IMG/VR virus record: IMGVR_UViG_3300025018_000165
Span: 1 to 60,928 of that record
Strand: one strand, 5' to 3'
Source of the DNA: a virus
Lineage: Duplodnaviria > Caudoviricetes
DNA length: 60,928 bases
Position numbers and translations under genes: made by a program. Positions 18,767 through 27,205 of the stretch are shown piece after piece. Under the pieces are notes generated by a model. The model was not told where the DNA came from. It did no database searches and saw nothing but the letters and a program-made list of their open reading frames with translations. Each line of letters opens with the position of its first letter. Within the stretch, counting starts at the first letter, position 1.

Positions 18767-20617
18767 ATGGCCTTTACTCCATTGTCAGTCCAAAATTATT
18801 TGCAATCTAAACTTGGTGCGCCAAAAAAACCCGAAACACCCAAGGTTGATTATGGCTATTCAATGCCAGGTACTTTGATGTTTGGTTCGACTAATCCTTT
18901 AGCGAAGGTTGCACCGACTTCAAAACCAACTACCCCTTCAAATTTTAATTATTCTCAGGTTAGTCCAACACCTTCGGTTTCGACCTATAATACGGCGGCT
19001 CTGGATAAGGTCGCCCCTAAACCGGCCGGTGGAGGCGGTTTTAGCGCACCACAGGGCTCAGAATTGGCTTCTAAGGTCGCTTCGATGTCTTTAGCCGCCG
19101 AAGGCCCTAAAACCCCGTCTATCCCCACTCCTGCCTCTGCAGGGGCCTCATCAGCCGTCAATATGGCTAATCTAAAGTCATTGGCTGAACAAAACTTGCA
19201 AAAATACCAAGAACAGGTCTTGTCATCTATGTCGCCTTCGGAACAGGAAAAGGCACTGGCACAAGAATTGGCGCAATTTCGAGGCGACGCGGCCATGGGC
19301 ATCTCTGGACTGGAAGGCCAAGGCCGTGGCATACCGCTTGAATTGATCCGTGGACAACAAGGTAAACTTGCTGAACAGGCCAATATCCAAGAACAGACCC
19401 TGCTTGGCCGTCTTTCAGCCGCTGAACAAGCAAGACAGTCGCAGTTAATGGCGGCTCAGACCTCGCTTGGTTTCAGTGAAGCTGAATTGGCGCGTGAAGA
19501 TGCGATGAAACAAGCGGAAGCGGCCGGTCTGCAACCGATTAAAATCGGTGATAATTTGGTTGCAATCAATCCCGAGACTGGACAATATGAGACAGTTTAT
19601 CAAGCACCGGTTTCGTCTGCTACTGATTTACCTGCTCTGGCTCAGGAGTTTGAATATGCTAAATCTCAAGGTTACGCCGGTTCATTTACTGATTATCAGC
19701 GAGAGAAAGCTGGTGAATTTGGTGCGCCTTCGACTTCTCAAGGTCCAGCTACAGTTCAAGAATATGAATATGCCTTAGGGCAAGGTTTCCAGGGTTCATT
19801 TCTTGATTACCAACGAGCTAAATCAGAAATGGGAACTTCTGCTAAACCGCCAACAGCGGAACAGGCGAAAGCTGGTGGATTCGCAAGTCGTATTCAACAA
19901 GCAACTCAAATTATTGATTCTCTGAGTTCTCAGTTTACTGGGCTTGCTTCTTATGCCGGAGCTGTTTTACCTGAATACTTCAAATCTGAAGACCGTAAAT
20001 TATTAGAACAAGCTCAAAGAAATTTCGTGAATGCTGTATTGCGCCGAGAATCAGGAGCGGCAATTTCACAGAGCGAGTTTAATAATGCGGCGTTGCAGTA
20101 TTTCCCACAACCAGGTGATACCGAAACTGTATTGACACAAAAAAAACAAAATCGCGATACGGTTTATAATAATCTTTTACTTGAAGCATCTGGTGAACGA
20201 ACTGGTCAGACCGAAGTTAAAGATGATCCATTAGGTCTTTTTAACTCAGCCGCGGGACAGGCGTTAAACAGCCCAGTTAAACAGGTTGCCGCCGCCATTA
20301 AGAAGGTTGAAAGCGGTGGAAATTATAATGCCAAGGGCGGAAGCGGTGAATTTGGCGCATATCAATTTATGCCAGCAACTTGGAAGAGCTGGGCGAAGCA
20401 ATATCTCGGCGATCCCAATGCGCCGATGACCCAGAAAAATCAAGATTATGTCGCTGAAAAGAAAATAAAGGATTTGCTGAATCAGGGTTATACGCCGTAC
20501 CAAGTAGCTTTGGTCTGGAATGGCGGACAACCAGTGGTCAAGAAAGGCGTGAATAAATACGGAGTAGCTTATGACAGTGGAGCGTATGCGAATAAGGTAA
20601 TTAAAGCTCTAGGATAA
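18767..20617 (+). CDS. Ejection (internal virion) protein with C-terminal lytic transglycosylase
   Basis: Low-complexity and coiled-coil N-part; two QE(F/Y)EYA..QG..GSF.DYQR repeats; VESGGNY, GAYQFMPATW and WNGG lysozyme-like motifs. Confidence 0.8.
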   Translation: MAFTPLSVQNYLQSKLGAPKKPETPKVDYGYSMPGTLMFGSTNPLAKVAPTSKPTTPSNFNYSQVSPTPSVSTYNTAALDKVAPKPAGGGGFSAPQGSELASKVASMSLAAEGPKTPSIPTPASAGASSAVNMANLKSLAEQNLQKYQEQVLSSMSPSEQEKALAQELAQFRGDAAMGISGLEGQGRGIPLELIRGQQGKLAEQANIQEQTLLGRLSAAEQARQSQLMAAQTSLGFSEAELAREDAMKQAEAAGLQPIKIGDNLVAINPETGQYETVYQAPVSSATDLPALAQEFEYAKSQGYAGSFTDYQREKAGEFGAPSTSQGPATVQEYEYALGQGFQGSFLDYQRAKSEMGTSAKPPTAEQAKAGGFASRIQQATQIIDSLSSQFTGLASYAGAVLPEYFKSEDRKLLEQAQRNFVNAVLRRESGAAISQSEFNNAALQYFPQPGDTETVLTQKKQNRDTVYNNLLLEASGERTGQTEVKDDPLGLFNSAAGQALNSPVKQVAAAIKKVESGGNYNAKGGSGEFGAYQFMPATWKSWAKQYLGDPNAPMTQKNQDYVAEKKIKDLLNQGYTPYQVALVWNGGQPVVKKGVNKYGVAYDSGAYANKVIKALG

Positions 20618-20618
20618 T

Positions 20619-22346
20619 ATGGCAGAACAATTAAGCCCGCAGGAGTTTGCGGCGAAAATTAAACAGCAATATCCACAATATAAAGATATTGATGATACGG
20701 AATTAGTAAATAAAATAATTACTAAATATCCGGTTTACGCTTCTCGTATTTCCGAAGTTAAACAACCTCAGCCGATGCCTGAGGAAAAACAAGGTGTTGG
20801 CGGAGTGGGTGGTTTTGCGGTCGGGATTGGAAAAGGTGGACTTTCGACTTTGACCGGTGCTTCTTCTCTTGGAGAAAGGATGTTGACTGGAATAACAAAA
20901 GCTGTTTTACCGAAATCGATTGAAGCTAAATTAGGGATCGATAAACCGCTGAAAAAGACTGGAGCTGAAACGCTAATCCCCGAGAGATTGAGAAAACCCG
21001 AGGGGTTGGCTGAAAAAGCCGGTTTTCTGACAGAACAGGTCGGAGAGTTTTTTATTCCTGGTGGTGCGTTAACCAAGGGGGCGAAAGCCGCTGAAGGTTT
21101 AGTCCAAGCATCAAAGGTATCATCCAAATTAAAGCCGCTCTTAAAGTTGGGAACTCGCTCAGCCGGAACTGCTCTCGAAGGCGGTGGAATTACGGCTATT
21201 CAGACCGGTGGTGATTTGGAAGAAACTAAAAAAGCCGCTGAATTTGGCGCGGCTCTGCCGGTAGCTGGGACATTATTAAGAAATCTAGGGCGCGGAGTTG
21301 GAAAGGTAGGAGGTGAAATTTTAGGGAAAACGACCGGTGCTGGAGCAGATGTTATTTATGATGCCTACAATAGTCCTGCAGTTCAAAAGTTTGCCAGAAG
21401 TGCAGGTAAAACAGGTGGCGCGGCTGAAATTCTTAGCTCAACCCTCGATGATGCAAAAAAGGCGTTGGATCAAATGACTTCGCTTAATAGCAAGCTCTAT
21501 CGTGAGGCAATGAGTAAAATTAAAACATCTTCAAAGGATTTATCAGCGGCAGTCGATGATATTAGAAATACAGTTGTAAATAAGGCAAAAGATGATTTTG
21601 CTATAAGTTTTGGAACCGGTAAAAAATTTAATAATCTTGATTTTAGCCGAAGTGATTTGGTTGAAGGAACAGCATCAGTTCAACGGGCTTTTGATAAATT
21701 ATTCGCACAACCTTTGACGACCATTGAACAACTGGATAGGGCAAAAAAATCTCTAAGCAGTTTAGCGCGAGGCGCACCCAATGGTTCACCGGCTCAGGCA
21801 TTTATTTATCAGATGCGTAATGCGATAAGTGAAGCATTGAAGAAAAACATCCCTGGTTATCAAGAGGAAATGGCGCGTTTTAGCTCTGCGATAAATTTAT
21901 CGGATGAAATTGAAAAAGTTTTGTCTTTGAGCGATAAGGTATCAAGAGATACGGCTATCAGAAAACTGGTATCAACAACTCGTCAGAACTTCGAGTATCG
22001 CAAAGCATTGCTTGAAGCACTTTCAAGTTCTTCTGGTAAGGATTTTTCCAGTCGATTATCAGGCGCAATGCTAGCACCGGCAATCCCCCGTGGTCTTTCC
22101 GGTGTTGCTCTAGGACCTACCGGTTTGACCGGAGGAATTTTAGCATCGCTTAATCCAAGTACGATTCCGATGTATCTGTTATATCTTGCTTCGACTTCAC
22201 CTAGATTGGTTGGCGAGTTTGTTTCTATTCTTGGGCGTGTGAAAGGAAAAATTATTACACCAAAAATAAAACAGGCTCTTGAAGCCGTTTTATTCCAAGC
22301 GATTAGGGAGCAAGAAAATACTCCTAAGAATGATATTTCGGATTAG
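20619..22346 (+). CDS. Ejection / DNA-transfer protein A
   Basis: FAAKIKQQYPQYKDIDD N-terminus, G/A/K-rich helical body, SPRLVGE; last gene of module. Confidence 0.65.
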   Translation: MAEQLSPQEFAAKIKQQYPQYKDIDDTELVNKIITKYPVYASRISEVKQPQPMPEEKQGVGGVGGFAVGIGKGGLSTLTGASSLGERMLTGITKAVLPKSIEAKLGIDKPLKKTGAETLIPERLRKPEGLAEKAGFLTEQVGEFFIPGGALTKGAKAAEGLVQASKVSSKLKPLLKLGTRSAGTALEGGGITAIQTGGDLEETKKAAEFGAALPVAGTLLRNLGRGVGKVGGEILGKTTGAGADVIYDAYNSPAVQKFARSAGKTGGAAEILSSTLDDAKKALDQMTSLNSKLYREAMSKIKTSSKDLSAAVDDIRNTVVNKAKDDFAISFGTGKKFNNLDFSRSDLVEGTASVQRAFDKLFAQPLTTIEQLDRAKKSLSSLARGAPNGSPAQAFIYQMRNAISEALKKNIPGYQEEMARFSSAINLSDEIEKVLSLSDKVSRDTAIRKLVSTTRQNFEYRKALLEALSSSSGKDFSSRLSGAMLAPAIPRGLSGVALGPTGLTGGILASLNPSTIPMYLLYLASTSPRLVGEFVSILGRVKGKIITPKIKQALEAVLFQAIREQENTPKNDISD

Positions 22347-22464
22347 ATTCGATTATATCCATCTCTCGCCGGTAATTCTTATAAATTTCCCACTGTTCTA
22401 TTGAGTAAGGGATGAAATATACTATAGATAGAATGACTAGCGCATATCCGATATAGACCAACAT
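22324..22464 (-). CDS. Small antisense membrane protein (46 aa), moron-like
   Basis: MLVYIGYALVILSIVYFIPYS... read manually; has its own promoter. Confidence 0.55.
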   Translation of the reverse strand: MLVYIGYALVILSIVYFIPYSIEQWEIYKNYRREMDIIESNPKYHS

Positions 22465-22495
22465 AATTGATTGATAAGGGAATAAACTACGAATA

Positions 22496-22524
22496 ATTAG
22501 AACATATTTAGCTCATTTTGTCAA
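22496..22524 (-). promoter_or_regulatory. Sigma70-type promoter
   Basis: TTGACA-N17-TCTAAT with extended TG on minus strand. Confidence 0.65.
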
Positions 22525-22531
22525 GAGAAAG

Positions 22532-22658
22532 AATTAATTAAAATCAATATGCCCCAACCTACTAACGGGGAACTTAAACTGATGATCGAAAATATACAAA
22601 ATCTTATGGAGGCCGGCTTTGCTGAAAATAGCCGTTGTCATAAGGAGGTGAACGATCA
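22532..22658 (+). repeat. Right junction repeat, identical to 60802-60928
   Basis: 127-bp exact match, offset 38,270. Confidence 0.97.
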
Positions 22659-22779
22659 TTTGAGGAAACTAAATGGCGAAGTGATTAAGAATACGAGATT
22701 TAGGTGGCAGGCATTGGCTTATGTTCCGATAGCGGCAATTTTCGTCAATTTGTTCTTCGATAATTTGTTAAAGCAATAA
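22549..22779 (+). CDS. Small membrane protein, holin-like (core)
   Basis: Coiled coil plus C-terminal TM segment; precedes peptidase; paralogue at 49516. Confidence 0.6.
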   Translation: MPQPTNGELKLMIENIQNLMEAGFAENSRCHKEVNDHLRKLNGEVIKNTRFRWQALAYVPIAAIFVNLFFDNLLKQ

Positions 22780-22784
22780 AAATT

Positions 22785-23807
22785 ATGAATTTTGGCCTTC
22801 TACCAAACCCAATAGATAAGCGAGATTTGTGGTTAGACGAATTACCGGTTGCCGGATCGGTTGAAGTGCCTAGTCAATTCATAATTCCAAACCTAAGATT
22901 TGAGAATCAGGGGGGTTGGCCATTCTGTGCGGCGTTTTCTGGAACAAAGTTGATTGAGACCAAAAGTGAGTTTGAAGACGAATACAGCCAAGCGGATTTA
23001 TTCTTCAAGTCCGGTGGCAGTAAGAAAGGGACATATTTCAGGGCAATTCTTGAGGCGGCGAGGGTAAAAGGATTGGTCGATTATGAAGAATTGCCAATGC
23101 CTAGCGATTTATATGATTTGGCCGAATGGGAAGATTTGAAACTTCGCTCCGACCAGTTGGTCGGTAAATGGAAAATTCCAGGTTATGCCAGGGTCGCCAA
23201 TAACAGCGATGAGATAAAGTCGGCGATGCTTCAATACGGAGCTTTACTGGTTGGGGTTGATGCAACCCGTGGCTACTTCGAATATCGTGCTAAACGGAAT
23301 CAGGTCAGGGATAACCACGCCGTTCTACTGGTTGGCTGGGACGAGGGCAGTTGGATTGTTTTTGACAGTTTGGAGCGCGAGTTAGGTTTTAACGGGTATC
23401 ATCACCTGGATGCAAGCTACGAATTTTACAACGCTTGGTGCATACTCGATTTACCGCCGGATTGGCGTAAGAAAAAAGAAGAAACCCAACAAAATGAGTT
23501 TCAATATTGCCTTGACCATTATGGTAAGCCTAGGAATTTGAGCAAGGAAAAAGAAGTGGCAAACGAATTGGAGCGCGAGTTCAAGAAATTTAATAATCAG
23601 AGTGTGTGGGAAGCGGCCGGAAAGTTTTGGACAGTCTATGTCAATGCCATTTCATACGGTAGCTATAATTCCCACTATTATAAACCGTGGCCGATTTGGA
23701 AACCTGGGGATGTTATAAATGATTGTTTTAATTGGAGGCGCACTGGAAAGCATTTATTCGACTTCAATTTTGAACGAGCTAATCCTGAAAGTTTAATTAA
23801 TCGTTAA
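22785..23807 (+). CDS. Papain-like (C1-type) cysteine peptidase, endolysin candidate
   Basis: GLLP...DKRD start, NQG..PFCAAFS (Gln, Cys), NHAVLLVGW (His), VFDS. Confidence 0.8.
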   Translation: MNFGLLPNPIDKRDLWLDELPVAGSVEVPSQFIIPNLRFENQGGWPFCAAFSGTKLIETKSEFEDEYSQADLFFKSGGSKKGTYFRAILEAARVKGLVDYEELPMPSDLYDLAEWEDLKLRSDQLVGKWKIPGYARVANNSDEIKSAMLQYGALLVGVDATRGYFEYRAKRNQVRDNHAVLLVGWDEGSWIVFDSLERELGFNGYHHLDASYEFYNAWCILDLPPDWRKKKEETQQNEFQYCLDHYGKPRNLSKEKEVANELEREFKKFNNQSVWEAAGKFWTVYVNAISYGSYNSHYYKPWPIWKPGDVINDCFNWRRTGKHLFDFNFERANPESLINR

Positions 23808-23818
23808 AAATCTAATTT

Positions 23819-24076
23819 ATGGAGCTTTTACTCGGATCGATAGTCAGCTTGTTAGTTTCTTTATTCAAGGTATTAAGTGAAAAATTCGGCAAGGAATTTG
23901 CCAAACCGGTATTTTTGGTGTCGGCGTTCCTGCTCAGTTTGGTAGTGGCGTTGTTTCTATCAATCGCTCCGAAAGAGTGGTTGGAGGGTGGAATTGAAAT
24001 TTGGACTTCGGCTATTGCTTTTTACGAAGTCATTACAAAACGAATTGTCGTGCCTGTTCTGGAAAAGTATCTATAA
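23819..24076 (+). CDS. Holin-like membrane protein
   Basis: 85 aa with 2-3 hydrophobic segments after the peptidase. Confidence 0.6.
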   Translation: MELLLGSIVSLLVSLFKVLSEKFGKEFAKPVFLVSAFLLSLVVALFLSIAPKEWLEGGIEIWTSAIAFYEVITKRIVVPVLEKYL

Positions 24077-24109
24077 AAAATACTCCCCAAATGGGAGTAA
24101 AATACAAGT

Positions 24110-24134
24110 GGGTCGGGTGAATCCGACCCTTTTT
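24110..24134 (+). terminator. Rho-independent terminator
   Basis: GGGTCGG-GTGAAT-CCGACCC followed by TTTTT at a convergent junction. Confidence 0.75.
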
Positions 24135-24167
24135 GTATTGTCGGTTGATTGTGGCTCAGCCAAGTTT

Positions 24168-24281
24168 TTATCCAAATTTCTTAGCGATTTCCTCATTTAT
24201 CCAGCATTTTAAGCATTTTCCATCCTTAGCTGTCTTCAAATCGGCCGATTTTAGTTTTTTCTTACATTTTATGCAAGTCAT
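24168..24281 (-). CDS. CxxC microprotein (37 aa)
   Basis: MTCIKC...KCLKC; AT-rich leader without SD. Confidence 0.5.
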   Translation of the reverse strand: MTCIKCKKKLKSADLKTAKDGKCLKCWINEEIAKKFG

Positions 24282-24319
24282 AATAAAATTGGGACTGTTT
24301 CTAGGCCAGTCCCAAGCCT

Positions 24320-24541
24320 CTACATTTCGTCCATGTGAAGCGTCTCGAAATGGGCGTTGCATTTCGGACAAAGGATATGACTCCACCGTGAGTTTTCTTG
24401 CAGGCACCTTTTTGGATCGCCAAGGCAACCACGGCATGAGCGCACCTCTTTGCTTGATTTGCAACCAATGAGTAAAGGAGCCGGTGAGGGGTGAAGATGA
24501 ACAAACCAGTTACACACCACTAGGGTATTCAGGGATTTCAT
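24320..24541 (-). CDS. Cys-rich microprotein
   Basis: AGGAGG SD; ATGA overlap; CRGC and CPKC. Confidence 0.65.
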   Translation of the reverse strand: MKSLNTLVVCNWFVHLHPSPAPLLIGCKSSKEVRSCRGCLGDPKRCLQENSRWSHILCPKCNAHFETLHMDEM

Positions 24542-24735
24542 TGTTCCTCCTGTACCGCCATCTGATAGCCACAGACACGGCACTTGAAGATACGCCAAAT
24601 GCCCTGTCTTGTCAACTCTTTCATCTTGCCGTGAGCTTTGGGACAAGTCCCGATAAAGTCCTTGCAGACTTTCTCCTCTTTCGGCTTGCACCACCAAGAA
24701 TGAAAGCAATTGAAAGGACACTTTCCTATCTTCAT
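24538..24735 (-). CDS. Cys-rich microprotein
   Basis: CPFNC, CPK and CRVC; ATGA overlaps on both sides. Confidence 0.65.
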   Translation of the reverse strand: MKIGKCPFNCFHSWWCKPKEEKVCKDFIGTCPKAHGKMKELTRQGIWRIFKCRVCGYQMAVQEEQ

Positions 24736-24815
24736 CGCTTCCCCCTAAAACCTCCGGTAATGATGGCAATAGCGAGTAAGGTGAAGAAGAAAATGACGAT
24801 GGCTGAACCCATCAT
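24732..24815 (-). CDS. 27-aa single-TM peptide
   Basis: AAGGAGGTG SD; MMGSAIVIFFFTLLAIAIITGGFRGKR; ATGA overlaps on both sides. Confidence 0.6.
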   Translation of the reverse strand: MMGSAIVIFFFTLLAIAIITGGFRGKR

Positions 24816-25003
24816 TGTTTCACCTCCTTCCGCCTTATCAACCGCTGGTACTCCGCCTTCAAGGGGTCTTCCTTCTCGACGAAGTGCTGTTTGCCGCAGA
24901 CAATGCAGGTCAATGGCTTAAAGAGCTTGCCGCCATCGCGCTGTGCCACCCCTTCGGTATGAAGTGTCTGACGCTGACATTTTTCACAGTGGGTTTTCCT
25001 CAT
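24812..25003 (-). CDS. Zinc-ribbon microprotein
   Basis: AAGGAG SD; CEKC...CIVC. Confidence 0.65.
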   Translation of the reverse strand: MRKTHCEKCQRQTLHTEGVAQRDGGKLFKPLTCIVCGKQHFVEKEDPLKAEYQRLIRRKEVKQ

Positions 25004-25236
25004 CGGGCTGTCTCCTTTTCTCGACAAGTTTGGCAAGTCGATGAAACTACTCCTTGATGACCCGAGACCTTGGGACAGTTCGGGTCGAAGATGTAGTCGC
25101 AGATGTCGCAGAAGCCCCGATACTGGAGCTTGCGCATCAGAAACAAGATACAGCCGAGTGAAGTGTTGCCACACTTTTTGCAACGCCTGAGATACCCTTC
25201 ATCATGTCGAGGTAGTCTTTTCCTCCTTGGTGACAT
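25000..25236 (-). CDS. Cys-rich microprotein
   Basis: GGAGGAG SD; CKKC, CDIC and CQTC. Confidence 0.65.
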   Translation of the reverse strand: MSPRRKRLPRHDEGYLRRCKKCGNTSLGCILFLMRKLQYRGFCDICDYIFDPNCPKVSGHQGVVSSTCQTCREKETAR

Positions 25237-25438
25237 CCTCTCCTCCCTTCTTGCTATCATTATAGCATTTTTGGGAGCAGATGTTAAAAAAATCTTCTGG
25301 CAGATAGCAGGTGTCCTTCTTGTCGCAGCGCTCGCAGTAGCGAAGCACGGAATAGATACCGGCATCTTCAGTGATACAGCCAGCCAGACCCCGACAACCC
25401 TGGTTATGGCACTTTAGGAGCTTGATAATGAGCGGCAT
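25202..25438 (-). CDS. Cys-rich microprotein
   Basis: GGGAG SD; CHNQGC, CERC and CSQKC. Confidence 0.6.
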   Translation of the reverse strand: MPLIIKLLKCHNQGCRGLAGCITEDAGIYSVLRYCERCDKKDTCYLPEDFFNICSQKCYNDSKKGGEDVTKEEKTTST

Positions 25439-25622
25439 AGTTTTCTCCCGAGCGTTGGAATTTGATGTCCCTTGGCAAGAGCGAGCAAAGGGTTAACTCC
25501 GTACACCCGTCGCCACACTTCTTCCTTTCGATTGTGACACTCCCATCTCGGCTGTCCGTGTACTTAATGACACAGAACTCACGCTTCCCGTCTTTGTAGA
25601 AAAAAGAGCGTTCGATTGACAT
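25404..25622 (-). CDS. Cys-containing microprotein, first gene of cassette
   Basis: GGAGGGAGG SD. Confidence 0.6.
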   Translation of the reverse strand: MSIERSFFYKDGKREFCVIKYTDSRDGSVTIERKKCGDGCTELTLCSLLPRDIKFQRSGENYAAHYQAPKVP

Positions 25623-25707
25623 CTTAACCTCCCTCCTACCACCTCGGATGTGGTGCGTCGATAAAGAGCTTGACCGTCTCTTTACATCCGAGATGGTGGG
25701 AGAGGGG

Positions 25708-26439
25708 TTAGAGCAAATTGTCCTGAACAGCTTTTATTCTAGTTTCGGCAATTTTAATATACTCTTTATCTATTTCAATTCCAACAAAACTTCTTCCGGC
25801 TTTGATGCAAGCTGAGCCAGTAGTTCCACTTCCCATAAATGGATCTAAAATCAAATCTTGATGCTTGCTCAAACCTAGTATTATACTCGTCATTAAATCT
25901 TCCGGTATTTGACAAGGATGTTTTGTTTTTTCTTTGCTAACATTTTTGACTTGATTCATTTTTACCCAATCTACACTTTTCGGTTTCATTCCCTTCATCA
26001 CCAATTTCTTAATCCTGTTATCTTTTGGATTTTGATATTCTCCCTGAATTTTACAGTAAGGTTTACCCTTAGTAGCAAAAATCCAAGTTCTGAAACCTTT
26101 TCTCAAAAACTTGCCACCGAGATTGGTCGGGTAGACCCAAGCCATAATTTCATAGGGCTTCATTTCAAAATCTTCCTCAAGTGCCACGAAAATTCTGCTA
26201 TTAAATTCTGGATAATTAAGGTAGGCCAGTTGACCATTTTCTTTCAGGATTCTCTCACATTCTCTTAAAAATTGAATTTGACTTTTGAAATAATCATCGT
26301 CCGAAAGATTGTCTCTATAAGTATTATATTTATAATTTACATTGTAAGGTGGGTCGGTAATAATAGCATCAAAATAATTATCAGGTATTCCCTTCATTAC
26401 CTCAAGACAATCTCCTTGGTAAATTTTATTGACAAGCAT
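25708..26439 (-). CDS. DNA methyltransferase (N6-A/N4-C, beta class)
   Basis: GDCLEVM, TDPPY, HPCQ and DPFMGSGTT motifs. Confidence 0.93.
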   Translation of the reverse strand: MLVNKIYQGDCLEVMKGIPDNYFDAIITDPPYNVNYKYNTYRDNLSDDDYFKSQIQFLRECERILKENGQLAYLNYPEFNSRIFVALEEDFEMKPYEIMAWVYPTNLGGKFLRKGFRTWIFATKGKPYCKIQGEYQNPKDNRIKKLVMKGMKPKSVDWVKMNQVKNVSKEKTKHPCQIPEDLMTSIILGLSKHQDLILDPFMGSGTTGSACIKAGRSFVGIEIDKEYIKIAETRIKAVQDNLL

Positions 26440-26585
26440 ATTTATTAAAAGGGTTAACTTGCCTATTTCCAGCGGTCGGGTTCTTCACAACGGACAGGTA
26501 TAAAACCCACCAATTTGTGAGACCGAAAGATGCGGACGCTTCTTACTAAAATAGTTACGCTTATTTAGTTTGAACCCCGCCATAT

Positions 26586-26738
26586 TTAAGTGATGTCTAA
26601 ATAACAAACGAGGCCGGTTTCAAAAGCATCCAACTGTTCATGCGGGCAACAGGAACCTTTAATCATTTTGCCTAAAACCTCATAGGCTTCAGGCTCTATT
26701 TCTTTAAGAACCGACAAGTATTCGAAATAAAAAGACAT
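26586..26738 (-). CDS. Hypothetical protein (50 aa)
   Basis: Read manually, in operon orientation. Confidence 0.4.
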   Translation of the reverse strand: MSFYFEYLSVLKEIEPEAYEVLGKMIKGSCCPHEQLDAFETGLVCYLDIT

Positions 26739-26761
26739 AGAGAAGTTCTAATTACATGTTA

Positions 26762-26925
26762 AATGCTCCACCAATCAAGGGTTGCCGTAGGGGGCACAGG
26801 TCTGCACCGACCTGTCTTCTGCCCCCTGGCCACTTTGGATAGTTAGACGCTATCTCCACCGTCTTACGGCAGTCTGCCTGTGGAAGCTCGTGCCAGCCCA
26901 ATCCTTGCGGTGCTGCAATGTTTGG
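26762..26925 (-). ncRNA. Candidate structured RNA
   Basis: GC-rich gap with nested stems TGCCGTA/TACGGCA, GGGGGCA/TGCCCCC, ACAGGTC/GACCTGT and GATAG/CTATC. Confidence 0.4.
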
Positions 26926-26938
26926 GGAATTGAGTTAG

Positions 26939-27202
26939 TTATGTAGACCCAGATCTAGACCCAGACCTAGACCCAGACCTAGACCAAGACCCAGACCAAG
27001 ACCTAGACCTAGACCAATACCCAGACCTAGACCAAGACCAAATCCCAGACCTAGACCTAGACCTAGACCTAGACCAAGACCCAGACTTAGACTTAGACCA
27101 AGACCCAGACCTAGACCTAGACCTAGACCAAGACCCAGACTTAGACTTAGACCAAGACCTAGACCTAGACCTAGACCCGATTTCTAGGATAACTATATTC
27201 AT
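26939..27202 (-). CDS. Ser-Arg/Trp/Gly dipeptide-repeat protein
   Basis: Encoded by ~39 degenerate AGACCN-type hexamers; start follows the upstream stop by 3 nt. Confidence 0.6.
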   Translation of the reverse strand: MNIVILEIGSRSRSRSWSKSKSGSWSRSRSRSGSWSKSKSGSWSRSRSRSRSGIWSWSRSGYWSRSRSWSGSWSRSGSRSGSRSGST

Positions 27203-27205
27203 AAT

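Noticed and set aside
24133-25417. Plus-strand ORFs over the microgene cassette
   Set aside because: The minus strand has SD sites, ATGA coupling and CxxC motifs; the plus-strand frames lie beyond a terminator
26762-26925. tRNA gene
   Set aside because: No cloverleaf or T-loop GTTCRA consensus found
26939-27180. CRISPR or telomere-like repeat
   Set aside because: Contiguous degenerate hexamers without spacers that keep a reading frame
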